DNA from: Tubiluchus corallicola
Lineage: Eukaryota > Animalia > Priapulida
DNA length: 62,198 nt
Assembly: GCA_030141605.1 (NCBI GenBank)
Contig: JAQGDQ010001107.1
Location: 1 to 62,198, forward strand
Direction: 5' to 3'
The translations under genes were made by a program, and so were the position numbers. Below the pieces are notes generated by a model. That model was not told where the DNA came from, made no database searches, and saw nothing but the letters and a program-made list of their open reading frames with translations. Shown here in pieces: positions 38,721 to 51,600 of this stretch. How positions within the stretch are numbered: the stretch's first letter is position 1; every line of letters starts with the position of its first letter.

Positions 38721-41700
38721 CTAATTTCCTCCTCTTGCGTCTGCTATACCTTCCGGTAATTTTACTGTTAAGCCATCTAGTTGTTTAGACATAATAATCT
38801 GACAGCCTAGTCTTGACCTAAAATAACAACAGATGAAACATTAATTTATTTAACATCACATGCAGTTAGTATCTTTTGATAAGATAAAAAATGAAAAGTT
38901 TGATCATTTTCAGAATACGGAAAGATATATTGCATACTTCCTTTTTGATGTTGTCGTTCTTGTTATCTAATTGTAAGTAAATAGTTCTAAATTTGAATAA
39001 ATAAGACAACAAACTAGTGACCAAAAAGATCATTTTCTTTGCACAAGAATTGCAGAGATAAATATGACCAGAGTCATTTAGGAATTATGCAATCACAAAG
39101 GATAGAAAGTGAGTACTATCGTTACTAGGAACTCACTTAGGAAAAGGATACTGTCAAAATTCCTAAAAATAAGCCAACTAACAGAATCAAAACACCGATA
39201 TTCAATCTGCTTTAGATGCATCATTTTCATGGGCAAATACGTGGCAATTGTCAATTGTAATACCGAAATGTAACGTTATGCATATGTGATATTGAAATTC
39301 AGAATTTACATATGTGTTGTCAGAAAATGAATTGCCTGTTGTATGCATATGTGATATGGAACTTCACAATTTACATATGTGTTGTCAGAAAATGAATTGC
39401 TTGTTGTATGCAATATATGTGATCTTGAAGTAATATTTTCACATATTTTAAAGTGGGCAACTCATTGTATTGAAACTATGAGGCAAAGGCTAATAGAATT
39501 ACCAATTTGAGTTTCAGAATGTTCAAAGCAAATAACAAAGAAACATTCATATAAAGTCTACATTAGACCAATAGTAGAATATTGTTCATCTGTGTGGAGC
39601 TCCATGTTGTTGAGTAATGCTGATAAAATTGAATCAGGTCAAAGGTATTTTACCAGACATTTGTATTATAGATGTAACATTACTTATGTGTCATATCCGT
39701 TACGATTGAACTTTTTAAGTCATAGATGAATAGAGGAAAGAAGGTTACATAAAGACTTAGTACTGCATTATTAAATCATTCACAAAGACATAGATGTTGA
39801 GAGAGACAATTTTTTACATTAGCTACGGCTAGTTGGACAAGAAGTAACAACTCACTTAAATTGTATGTCGAGCGATCTGCTAAAAATATTTGGTCATTTT
39901 TTTCTAATAGGGTTGCCCTGATTTGGAATAGTTAACCAGAAATTGTAAATGATGCACCATTGGTAAAAACTCAAATTGCAAACCATTTTAAACAGGGATT
40001 TAATTAATTATGTTCATCTAAATGCTTTGTGAGTAAATAACAAGCACACGTAAGAAGCATATGCTCTTTGTGTCCCTCCCCCACACCGCCCCTCATTATT
40101 ATACTGCTTTTTAAGACTGTATATATTTTAATGAGCACTATATGTGTTTATATGTGTGTGTGTGTGTGTGCGTGTGCGTGCGTGCGTGTGTGCGTGTGTG
40201 TGTATGTTTTAATGTAAACTGTTTCACTTGGTGTATAATAAACTTAAACTGAATTGTGAAGTTCTGTTGTTCTTTGATAAACTTCACCATTATATAACAA
40301 AACCCACATACTGTACAAAATAGATGACATTCCTACTGAACCTGTGAATTCTACTATTAAGTTTTAAACTTGGCTTTTCTAAAAACTGAAAACCAAGAGA
40401 AAATTTTTCATTTGTTAATTTTGATAACCAAGTCAACAAATTACACACAGTGAGCACTTTCACCAATGCTATCTTCAAAAAGAATAGTTTTTAATGTTGC
40501 CTGATTATGAAACGTTAATCTTGCAAATGTCACTGGTCTATTCACTTGATTTTTGATATGCTTCAGAGATTGCTTCTAATGGGTGCACATTTGCTGTTGC
40601 ATTTCAACAAGCTAGAAAACATGCTTATGTAATGTCAAGCTCACAAATTGGTCTATGAATTGAACTCACTCCTTTATAAACCGTATCATCTTATTCTATG
40701 AACACTGACCAGTCCAGTTTTAAATGACCTCCTTTATAATTACTTTTGTTTATTATTATTTCTGACATACTGGACTTACGTGGGAGTTGACCCATATGCA
40801 AGATCCAACATATCCAACTCTTCATCTATGAACACTGACCAGTCCAGTTTTAATTGAACTCCATTATAATTGCTTCTGTTTATTATTATTTCTGACATAC
40901 TGGACTTACATGGGAGTTGACCCATATGCAAGATCCAACATGTCCAACTCTTCATCTATGAACACTGACCAGTCCCATTTTAAATGACCTCCATTATAAT
41001 TGCTTCTGTTTATTATTATTTCTGACAAACTGGACTTACGTGGGAGTTAACCCATATGCAAGATCCAACATGTCCAACTCCTCATCTGTGGGTGGCTCTG
41101 GAAGTCGATCGTAGTCCTCGTCAGTTAGGAGAACATGGCAAGTAGAACAAGCGAGGGTTCCTTCACACGCCCCTGAAGAGAAGCCATTGTGAAATGAAGC
41201 AATGTGATCAATTTTCTAATATATTCCTAAGAAACTTCACGTTTCGTACAGGCCCGGGGATATGTCTAAATCTCCTGTAGTTTTGTTTGGTTATTATAAT
41301 GATTTTTAATATTTCTCATAATTTCATCATAGCAATTATGACACAATTGTTTTCTGTTTATTACAAATAATTATGGATACCATAGCAGTTAACAAATACT
41401 GCAGCAATTATGGAAATAAATAAGAAATGAACTTTGAGAGTGCACACAAAAGAATCAGATAACACAGTTGGTAGTACCATTATATGGGTACAGTACTTTT
41501 AAAGCATAAAGTAGGCCAGTAGTTTAACATATCAGGCCGGCAGCTAAGGAACACTTTAACTCTTGAACAAGTGAACAGCTAAAGTATAATTATTATAGGC
41601 CTACTAAAAAATTCAGAAAACGTTTTTCACCAAGTATTTTAATTTAATTATTCATGCAGGTTTTGTCTTGAATTCTTATAATGATATCCTGAATTATTTA

Positions 41701-44700
41701 TCCCAATTTTGTTTAATTTTATCATGAATTTGCATTTTATTTCACTACGAAAACTGTGCAAATACAGAAGAGTCTTTCAAGGTAAAAACTTGTTATAGCC
41801 CTGCTAATATAAGTGAATAATGATAAACCCTGGATGACCTGTAATAGTCATACATTGGCCTTGGCCTGCTACTGAGCTGAAACTCATATAATGTTGACGT
41901 TGTACAGCAGAGCAACTCAGGCAAATGCAGTAATGCAGGGCCGGCCTTAAAGCATAGGCAAACTAGGCTACCGCCTAGGGTCTCACCCTCCAGGGGGGCC
42001 TCACGCCGAGGTAACACTTTTTTTTCTTTATGCGAACATGCTGCCTCCTCTCTCTCTCCCTCTCTCTCCCCCCTCTCTCTCTCTCTCTCTCTCTCCCTAT
42101 AATTAAAACTGATCTTTTCTGCAAACTCTTCATATTTGTTTGGTTAATTAAGTTACATTAATTGTCTACATATTTTTGATTGGGATACAAAAATAAATGA
42201 TTTAATTTGTTTTGTCTCAAACTGACACCAATAAAATTAAAAATCAAGTGATTCGATATAATCTTGCCCAAAATACTTTTTAAATCTTGCTGCTGTGGAA
42301 AAGTTTTCATACTCATACGTTCATTTTCTCTCTGCTGATTATGATGTTTGAGTGAAAGAAGTTACATCTCTTTCTTAACGAAGCTTCAGACAAAAGTGTG
42401 CAAGGGAAACAAACGTGGGTGGACCAGTAGAGATGTTATCTCCTCCCACCATAATGAAAACACCCGCTGATAAATACAGTAGAACCCTGCTAAACTCTCC
42501 ATCATCATTATGTCATTCGTGTAAGCAGAATTATGTAACAGCAGAGAGTGAAGTGAAACAAAGTCGAAGAAATTACAATAAAGCAAGAAGAATTGTGAGA
42601 GATATTTATAGATATTTATGTCCTCTGATCTCAGAATTACAATAGGTCATTCGTAAAAAAGTTTCCGGAAACAAAAACAAACCAAAGAAGCTGATGCAAA
42701 CAAAATAATTCTCTGTTAAATAAAGACAAGATGATTTTTCATATACTACCCCACTTTCAAGCAAGATAAAAAATAAACATTTCAACACCAATTTCACTGC
42801 AAAGTGTTTCTGATAATTAAATAATAGATTAAAATCTTAATTAATAACAGCCTGACTATTGATGACATCACAAACGAACATAATTTTCAACAGTAAAAAC
42901 AATCCACGAGCATGTTGCATGTATTTGCAAAAGAAAAATTATTACAGCACTACTGTAAAAAATTCAATGTACTGTACTAAAACTATGCAAGTTTTAAGAT
43001 AAAAACTCAAATTTAAAAATTATCCATTGTGACCGCATGAGGTGTCAAATGTGTGAACTGAGAGGTACAGCACCTCTTTTTGTGCTAAGCATTTCTGAAA
43101 TGCAGGCACCTATCCCCGTCTAACAAGCAAATGGCGAAATGCATTTAACAGTGAAGAACTAGTGGTGCGAATGTGAAATTGTGTTTGCATAGTAATAGTT
43201 CTTTCACTTAAGTCATTTCGAAAAAATAGCTTCGAAATAGTTTCCTTTCAATATTTTAAAGAGTAAATTGTTTTGACCTACAGTTTAAGATTGGGTTCGG
43301 TTTTGCTTTAGGTAGAACAATGCACTTGAACATAACACACACAACATTCAATGTTCATGGTAAGACCAGAGTTCGATTTGTTACCAAGGATATCCCTCTA
43401 AATCTCTTGTTCATGGTAAGACCACAGTTTGGTTTGTTACCAAGGATATCCCTCTAAATCTCTTGTTCATGGTAAGATCAGAGTCTGGCTTGTTACCAAG
43501 GACATCCCTCTACATCTCTTGTTCATGGTAAGATCAGAGTCTGGCTTATTACCAAGGATATCCCTCTAAATCTCTTGTTCATGGTAAGATCAGAGTTCGG
43601 CTGGTTACCAAGGATATCCCTCTAAATCTCTTGTTCATGGTAAGATCAGAGTCTGGCTTATTACCAAGGATATCTCTCTAAATCTCTTGTTCATGGTAAG
43701 ATCAGAGTCTGGCTTGTTACCAAGGATATCCCTCTAAATCTCTTGTTCATGGTAAGATCAGAGTCCGGCTTATTACCAAGGATATCCCTCTAAATCTCTT
43801 GTTCATGGTAAGACCAGAGTTCGGCTTGTTACCAAGGATATCCCTCTAAATCTCTTGTTCATGATAAGAACAGAGTTCGGCTTGTTACCAAGGATATCCC
43901 TCTAAATCTCTTGTTCATGGTAAGATCAGAGTCCGGCTTGTTACCAAGGATATCCCTCTAAATCTCTTGTTCATGGTAAGACCAGAGTTCGGCTGTACCA
44001 AGGATATCCCTCTAAATCTCTTGTTCATGGTAAGAACAGAGTTCGGCTTGTTACCAAGGATATCCCTCTAAATCTCTTGTTCATGGTAAGATCAGAGCCC
44101 GGCTTGTTACCAAGGATATCCCTCTAAATCTCTAAGATATATGCACCAGAACACTTTGGTTATGATCTCTGCCACCGAATAGCATAAAAGCTGAGCGGAA
44201 ATACTGTTTGTTAACCTGCCTTTCAAGTTTATTACGTGCCCCATTCAAGCCAACTAGCACTGCAAAAATGAAGCTCCTTTATGTGTTTAAAGCTTAATAA
44301 ACTTAATTTATAAATTCCTTGGCTGGAGTGAAAATTGGAAAAAAAAGTAGACTAATGGCAGTTGCTTAAACACACTACAAAAATTCCCAACTAAATTAAA
44401 GAGACTCCAAATTTTTTTTAGGCGCATGGTCTCGTGGTTACACTCAAAAAATAATTTTTCCTTTGCAAACTCAAAGTATTTTTTACCAATAAATAAACTA
44501 AAAATATTTCAGTATAATAATTATTACACTAGTCTGAAAAACATTTCATCTTGAGACGTTTACATCACCTCAGTCCTGGTGTTGGAGTCTGAACACTCAT
44601 TTCTTAAATTGCCATTTTGTAGCTACAAAACCTACATTTCTACAAAAATATGTGAAACCTGATATCACAAAACATATGTAAATACCGGAAAACGTTATAC

Positions 44701-46444
44701 TTATAGTGGTCACAAGCTATATGTATAGATTAGAAAATTTCTAAGGAAAAATTAAACATTAAAACTTAGAAAAATAGAAATTTGTTTACCGTATCCATCA
44801 ATGTCCACCTCATTGTTCACAACAATGTCTAGCAAACTGTCACCGGTTTTTCCTTTTGCTGATAATCTTTCGCCACTTTGTCGCAAGAAGGTTACAGACA
44901 CTCTAAAATTTAAAGCAGATTTTTCCAAATTGTCGTGCATTGATTATATTAATTTCAGTGAACCAGTCAGATTAGTCAGTCAATCAGGCAGTATGGCCGC
45001 AAGCCAGCTACGCTATGAGTAGGAGATCCACCCTAATACCCAATTTTCTGAGGTTTTTAAAATTCTGAAAAATACACACTCGTGTCTCGGCTTGCCGGAT
45101 CTTGCTCTTACAGACATCAGAAGAATCAGACAAAAAAATGGGCTGTTAAAAAGTCCCGCATATCATGGACACAGTCCGTTGTTTCGCGAGCTGACCGATA
45201 GCTGGTAGGCCGTCACTTTGTTTACATCATTACATCAGTGTGACATGGCTGTTTCTACGTATATTATAGTACACGAAAGCGAAGTGAGATGACATAAAAA
45301 TAGTAAAAGCTCATTGTCACACAAAAGTATCTATCTTAAGCATGTGCAAAAAAATGTAGTCAATGACACGAGTCAATTGTTGACTGTTTTTCTATACTTT
45401 TGCATAGGAGTGGCCTACACTAGACGTTTTTGAGACAATTAGGCGATTGATTCTACATTACCATCAGTCTAATATACTGCACTTACTGTATTAGCTCAGT
45501 ATCGGTAAATAAAGACAACCAGCAAATTCGGACCGGCATCTCCCCGCAATCTCATACTTCATTATTTGACTATAATTTTAAGACTTGTCAACTTGACATT
45601 ATACCTGCTGGTAGCCTCGCTAATACAGGTTAGTACCTTGATATTATTTTAATATTATAATCTTGGCAAAAAAAACTTTTGCTGCCTATCCAGTTAAAAC
45701 ACAAATAAAACTAAACAGTTACGTGTAAACGTTCGTACTTTAATCACTGCTCACTAGTCACTTTGACTAACTTTAGGACTTGCCTATCAGCGCAGAATAG
45801 TACGAACCTGTATATGTCTTCTTAGCACTAATGTAATAAAGTGAATGTAATCTGACCTTAGGGTGCTGGTGAAATTCTCATAATACCACTAATTTTTTTA
45901 GAATTTATTTGCCAACTAAACGAGACAAATGAATAAAATAATTTATATTAGCTTTATCTGCAATTCTAATAGATAGGCTAACTAGATAACCAACGGGTTC
46001 TTCGCTGCCCTTCTCCTTTGCTTCGAAATATTGCATGTATTCCTGACACTGTATTTTGATCATTCTTGCGGAGTCAATAAAAAAAAAATAATACCAACCC
46101 TCCAGGGGCCGCCAAATGTTAATGCTGGGACTTTCGGTTGATCAGTAATAACATTTCAATATTTACACTATTTGCAATATTTAAAATACCCTAACAAATT
46201 TATAATCTGAAATTCACGGACTACAGTAGAGTGTCCTTAAATATATTACGCCAACAAATTGCAGCACTTACTCTTCTTTTTGTGGTTTAGGCGTACTTGT
46301 ACTGCAAAAGGCCTTCGTGATCTTCACATTAAGGTTAACAGTTGCAACAGGCAAAACCTGAAATTTCTGCACAGTAAACGCAAGCTGTTTCGAAAACCTT
46401 GGATAAGACACCAAGAAACGACATAATCCATTGAACGGCGCCAT
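38721..46444 (-). CDS. FDX1: Mitochondrial [2Fe-2S] ferredoxin (adrenodoxin), 4 exons, 171 aa
   Basis: Exons 46444-46272, 44902-44790, 41172-41040, 38817-38721; GT-AG and phase-consistent (516 nt). Transit-peptide-like N-terminus, [47 protein letters not shown]. The CEGTLAC motif favours FDX1 over FDX2. Confidence 0.95.
40695..41087. repeat. 130-bp tandem triplication spanning the FDX1 exon 3 end and its 5' splice site
   Basis: TGGACTTAC (minus-strand GTAAGTCCA) occurs at 40771, 40901 and 41031. Confidence 0.92.
43352..44133. repeat. 56-bp minisatellite, ~14 copies, in FDX1 intron 2
   Basis: Unit TGTTCATGGTAAGATCAGAGTCTGGCTTGTTACCAAGGATATCCCTCTAAATCTCT. Confidence 0.95.
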
Positions 46445-46524
46445 GCTGCTGTTACCAGCCTGCTTGGTCGTGCAGTTTCATTCCATGATTCAGAGCGCAA
46501 AAACCCGAAATTCGCCGCACAACA

Positions 46525-47100
46525 AAAAAATATATATCATAGATGCTAATACAGAAAGGGTGAAGGACATGAAAAAGTCTGAATGGAAGAAAGAAATAAA
46601 GAATAAGATTGAATGTTGTATAAAGAATGAATGTGCAGAAAAATGCAGGAGCAGCACTAAATTAAGATTTTTAAGGCATACTGAGTGGAAACGACAAAAT
46701 TACATAGACACATGCAAGCCAGAAGAGGTTAAAGATATATTGAAAATAAGACTGAATCTGATTAAAGTTAAAGGGAACTACAAGAATGAGTTTAAGGATC
46801 AGTTATTATGCCCAGTGTGTGAGGAAGATGATGACACTACTGAACATATGCAGCGATGATATGCTTAGATGTTACAGATATGGAGAATGGAAAAAAATTT
46901 GAACTCAGATGTATTAATGAACAGTGAAAAGGAAGGATTGCTTGAAATTAGAAATCTAGTGAACGAATGTATGGAATACAGGATAAAGACAAATAAAGAC
47001 ATTAAACTAGGAAAAGACAACTAAAAGATCAGCATTAAAGAAGAATAGACTTTGCACCCTATAAAGGTGCCCGCCTCTGACTGTATGCTAACTAATCCAT
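46525..47100 (+). mobile_element. Non-LTR retrotransposon ORF2 C-terminal fragment, degenerate
   Basis: KKSEWKKEIK..STKLRFL..ILKIRLNLIKVKGNY..CPVCEEDDDTTEH: Cys/His knuckle typical of LINE ORF2 ends; in-frame stop where the last Cys is expected. Confidence 0.75.
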
Positions 47101-47359
47101 GAAATAATTATAATTCAGAAGTATCAGATGAGAGTAACTCTAAGAGTAACCTGGCGTCAATAAAAAGTGCAAGATGTATGTTATTTGCTTTACGCACACA
47201 AATTTTACTTTTCCCGCTAGTTTATGTTTATTAACTTTTTAATGTTTACTGGTCTTTCACTATCGTTTGTACTTGTGCAAATCTGTAACAATACATTATA
47301 GCATTCATATCCTTGGTTTCAGTTATATATTACGTAGTAACACAGGTAATCCCCATTAT

Positions 47360-47560
47360 TTTTGTTATTGATTATCGATCTGCATTCAAAAAATTTGTGT
47401 TCTGTGGGCCTGTGGCTACATCTGCAAAACGCGGAATAAACATTTAAGTCATCTTTACACAGGTTTTTAAAATTTGCTTTTAGATTAATCATGTTAGACC
47501 TTATAGAAATAATCACTTTTATTTCATCCAAATGCATTTTGCCGCACAATTTTGCCTCTG
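47360..47560 (-). mobile_element. Second, more decayed fragment of a related LINE ORF2 C-terminus
   Basis: EIKVIISIRSNMINLKANFKN..C..PTEHKFFEC parallels the 46525 fragment. Confidence 0.55.
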
Positions 47561-48387
47561 TAGGCTATTTTTAAAAATTTTAACTTTTGCTGTTCGCCCA
47601 GGCTGCACACGATATTATCACCGTATGGTCACGGTCTTGTCACAATGTTAGTAGTAGTAGTAGTAAATCTCCAGTAGTTATAATATAACTTTTGAGACAA
47701 ATGGTTCTTCCACTGTAATTGTGACAAATTACACATAAAATAGATTTTCATCAACACTTCTTATTCTGTTTAGAAGTATGGTAAAAATACATATATTTCT
47801 GATAATTAAGTGCTAGCTCATATAGTGAATTAATTAACAAACGATGAGAACAATTAGTCATGACGTCGGAACTCTCAATTGACAGAAGCATTTTCGTTAG
47901 CGTGTTGCACGTATTTGTAAAAACCAGAAACAGTTTTTTCTGAAGAAATGCCACGAGAAAATCTTAAAAAGTAGCTTGTTTTATAGTAATGTCTTTTCTT
48001 ACATGTGTCACCGAAATGAAAAATTATTACCATCACTACAGTATACCAAACTGCTGATATTATAAATTCCAGATCTGAAAAACATTTTGGTTTATAGTAC
48101 CGTCTTTTCTTGCGTGTTTTCTATTGAAAGAAATTATGATTGTTACATAAATAGCAGAATCATATTGATCTGTGTTGCCAATTATTATCACAACAACTAG
48201 GAGATTGATCACGAACGAATACATACATTTCATCAACTTAAAAAACAGAAAAAGCAATCAAACATTTAAAATGTTGTAGTTCAAGCGAGAAAATAATTCT
48301 GTCACACTGTTACAAAACAAATTAGTGCGTATGCATTACACCGGTATCGGTAGCCCTTCTAACTCCCCATACAGTCTTTATGAAAGA

Positions 48388-48431
48388 CGTGACGTCACAA
48401 ACAACTTAGCAGCTGCCATTTTAATTTCAAG
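48388..48431 (+). promoter_or_regulatory. Probable Akirin core promoter / 5' UTR exon with CRE and YY1-like motif
   Basis: TGACGTCA at 48390-48397, GCCATTTT at 48415-48422, then a candidate 5' UTR intron GTAATG..TTTTCAG at 48432-48562. Confidence 0.45.
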
Positions 48432-48668
48432 GTAATGCTTAAGGAAAGATGATACTTTTTGTTTTGGCATTTGTTGTTTTAAAGGTCTCTTTCGCGTCTT
48501 GAAATTTGTGTGTTGTTATTTAAGAATTACTTTGCTTCACGAAAATTATTTGTTATTTTCAGAATCGCTGCTGACTTCTTTTGTAAAAGACTGCTTTCTC
48601 TGTGGCAAGTTTGGGAGTTGTTCTCTTTTTGCTTAGTTTGGTGAAAGGCTCGAGGAGTGCCATTGAGA

Positions 48669-51600
48669 ATGGCTTGTACGACTCTAAAAAGAAGTTTAGA
48701 CTTTGAGCACATTCATAGTCCATTACAACGTCCTCCGAAGCGACGAAGATGTATGCCGCTTGTTATGTCATCTGCTGTCCCACCAACTAAGTTGCATCAT
48801 GCTAATCCGTCACCCTTTGGAGAAGTCCTACCGAAATACACAGCAGGTTTGATTTTCATTCTGTAACCGTTCGCATTTACGAATCCATTAAGTTCTTTTA
48901 TTTAGAGTATCTTAATAACCGAGCAACATGCTGTAAACAAATGGAGGTTAATTAGAATTTAGAATTTATTGCTAGATTTACCATGAACATTCAATGATAA
49001 TTTTTACAGAAAGCATTAAATTAACAAATTTTACAAAAAAAACATTAATATAAAATTTTTATTGAGACTACTGGACAACACCAGAAAGAAAATCTTGTGT
49101 TGGTGCCGTCCAGATTAACAGTTAATTTGAAATTTAAGAAACAAAATAGAAGTGCATTAAATGATCTCTCTTTCACACTCACTCACTCGCTTACACACAC
49201 ACACACACACACACACACTTTTCTAGAATGAGGACAAGGTGCAAAAGGTAGAAATTCAACATGTTGATGAGGAACACATGAATAACACGTGTATGATGTT
49301 ATGATGACGATTAAGTCATGATAATATTTCCAAAGCATAAATACACCCAAAATAAGAATAAAATAAAAAGAGCCACAATTGATTGCCAATTATATTGTTA
49401 ACTTGTAAGTTCTAGCAAGGCAGCCGTGTAGCACTAGGTGCAGAATTACTTTCATCCTTGGTCTGATAACTGTTAAGGTTCTTATGGTTTAATGTTTCAG
49501 ATATAATTCAGGAAAAGCTGCATGCAGAATTAAAACGCATGAGGCGTCGCAGGGAATTGATTTATGAACGTCAAAGGCATCTTTCAAGCCCAGTTTCCAG
49601 TGGAAGCGATTCATCCAGTGATTCAGAGATGCAGTGTTCAGCTTCCACCTCGCAAACTTCAAGCCATCCCAACAGCTCCCCTAAGCGTGACATTAAAGAA
49701 CAGCCTTTGTTTAGTCTAAAACAGGTACAGTGCCTCATAGTTAATTTTATTATTACGAATGGAATTATGAATTATGAATATATTCCACAGCAACACAAAC
49801 ATACATACAAATTGCTATTACATTGAAAAAAATAAACTATGCGAGTTACTGTGAGGAGGAGGAAAGAGCATTGAGCTTTCGAGTCCTCCTCCAGATAAGT
49901 GAAACAATTTACAATTAACATTACATTTTCATCAGTTATAACGTACATTAGAACAAAATAAGTTTTGTTAGTAACTTCAGATCAGGATGAGTAAAATTGT
50001 GAGTTAATTATACCGTTGTAGTAGGTAATTCTTTGATGCTTTTTTAAATTGATAAAGATTAAGAGTTTTCATTTCACGCAGAATCGATGACCATATTTTA
50101 ATAGCATTATATTTAGATGACTGTTTCATTATATTTGTTTTTGGAAGAAGGAGTACATAGTTTCCGACTGAATATCTTGTGTAGTGATCATGTTGATTTG
50201 AAACTAGACTAAAGTATGACTGAAAAGCTAGTGGAAGTAGTGAACTATGATACTGATACATGAAATGACGACAATATTAAATTTAAATGGTCTCAAAAAG
50301 ACATAATTTGGGTTACAATATACTAAACTACTATAACAGACGATGAACATGGGGAACAAGAGAATCTTTACCAAAATAGCATGAATCAGCATGAATAGTA
50401 GGAATATTACAAACCAAAATGTAGGAAACATGGGAAACCAATACTGAAACGAAACCGAACTGAAATCATTTTTGCAAAACCAGTTATTAACAAACACAAA
50501 AATATTCAAAATAAATGAAATTCTTTTTTTCTAGTCTAGACCCAAATCCTTAAAAAGTGCTTCTATAAAGTTCTGGGGGCGTGTTTTTTCTAAAAGTGGG
50601 CAGCATAGCCAATCTTATTAATTTGACTTTGCTGAATCCAAAAAAGCTATACACCAGCTCAAAAAATTAGCAGAAAGGGTTAAAAATGCAAAAAACAAAA
50701 TGGCTGCAAAGTTTTTGCACGTTGATTCACAAAGTTTTCAACATTGTGAATCGAAACAAACTCCCAAAAAATGATTAATTATGTAGATATGGTGACATCT
50801 ATTCCAGGGCATTTGCAATCTATTTCTATTACTTTTGTTACTAAAATGGTTGCGGTTTTTTAAAACGGCCGCCACACAAAAATAAGTTATGCAGATCAAT
50901 TATATTATTTGCTATTTGAACTATTTTAGCCAAATTTTTCAGTGATTTTTAATATCTAGGAGAAAACAGGTAAGCTGGTTAATACTACTAAAATTAGCGA
51001 TGGTTCAGCTACGAAACTTAATCATTTGTGACGAGAATGAATCTGAACCGAAAGTGCAACAATCAGCAAAGCAAAACAAAATTTTCGTTTCCGTAACCTT
51101 CCTGATGAATGTCCAATTTAAACTTAAATAAGTTTATTAATTTGTCTAATAAGCACATTGTGTTTTAATAAGATGCCATTGCTAAGAAAAACAAACATAC
51201 CCGCTTTTTAATGAGAATTAATGCTGTTTCTGGGCTTAGCCTGCCGAAATTTGTGAATTCAGAAGTCACACAAACAATAAATTGTTGATAAATGGTTTTT
51301 ATAGTCGAGATTGTTAAAGTGAACGACTTTGTGTTCCAGGTTGGATTGGTATGCGAGAGACTGATAAAAGAAAGGGAAACACAAATGAGAGAAGAATACG
51401 ACAAGGTGCTTATGGGAAAATTGGCTGGTATGTAAAGAAATAAAGTTCTAATAACTTGATTGTGAATCGTCTAAGCTAGCCACTGTCTGTGCTTGTAGGA
51501 GAAAGCAAAATATTCACAGTTCTAACCCAGCACTAATTTCATCAATTCTAATAACTTGTATGTGAATCGTCTAAGCTAGTCACTGTCTGTGCTTGTAGAA

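Noticed and set aside
41936-42010. CAGGGCCGGCC hAT-like terminus in FDX1 intron 2
   Set aside because: No matching opposite TIR or TSD found, so boundaries cannot be supported.
46431-46859. 142-aa ORF as a host gene
   Set aside because: Its N-terminus is antisense to the FDX1 start and the rest is a LINE ORF2 remnant.
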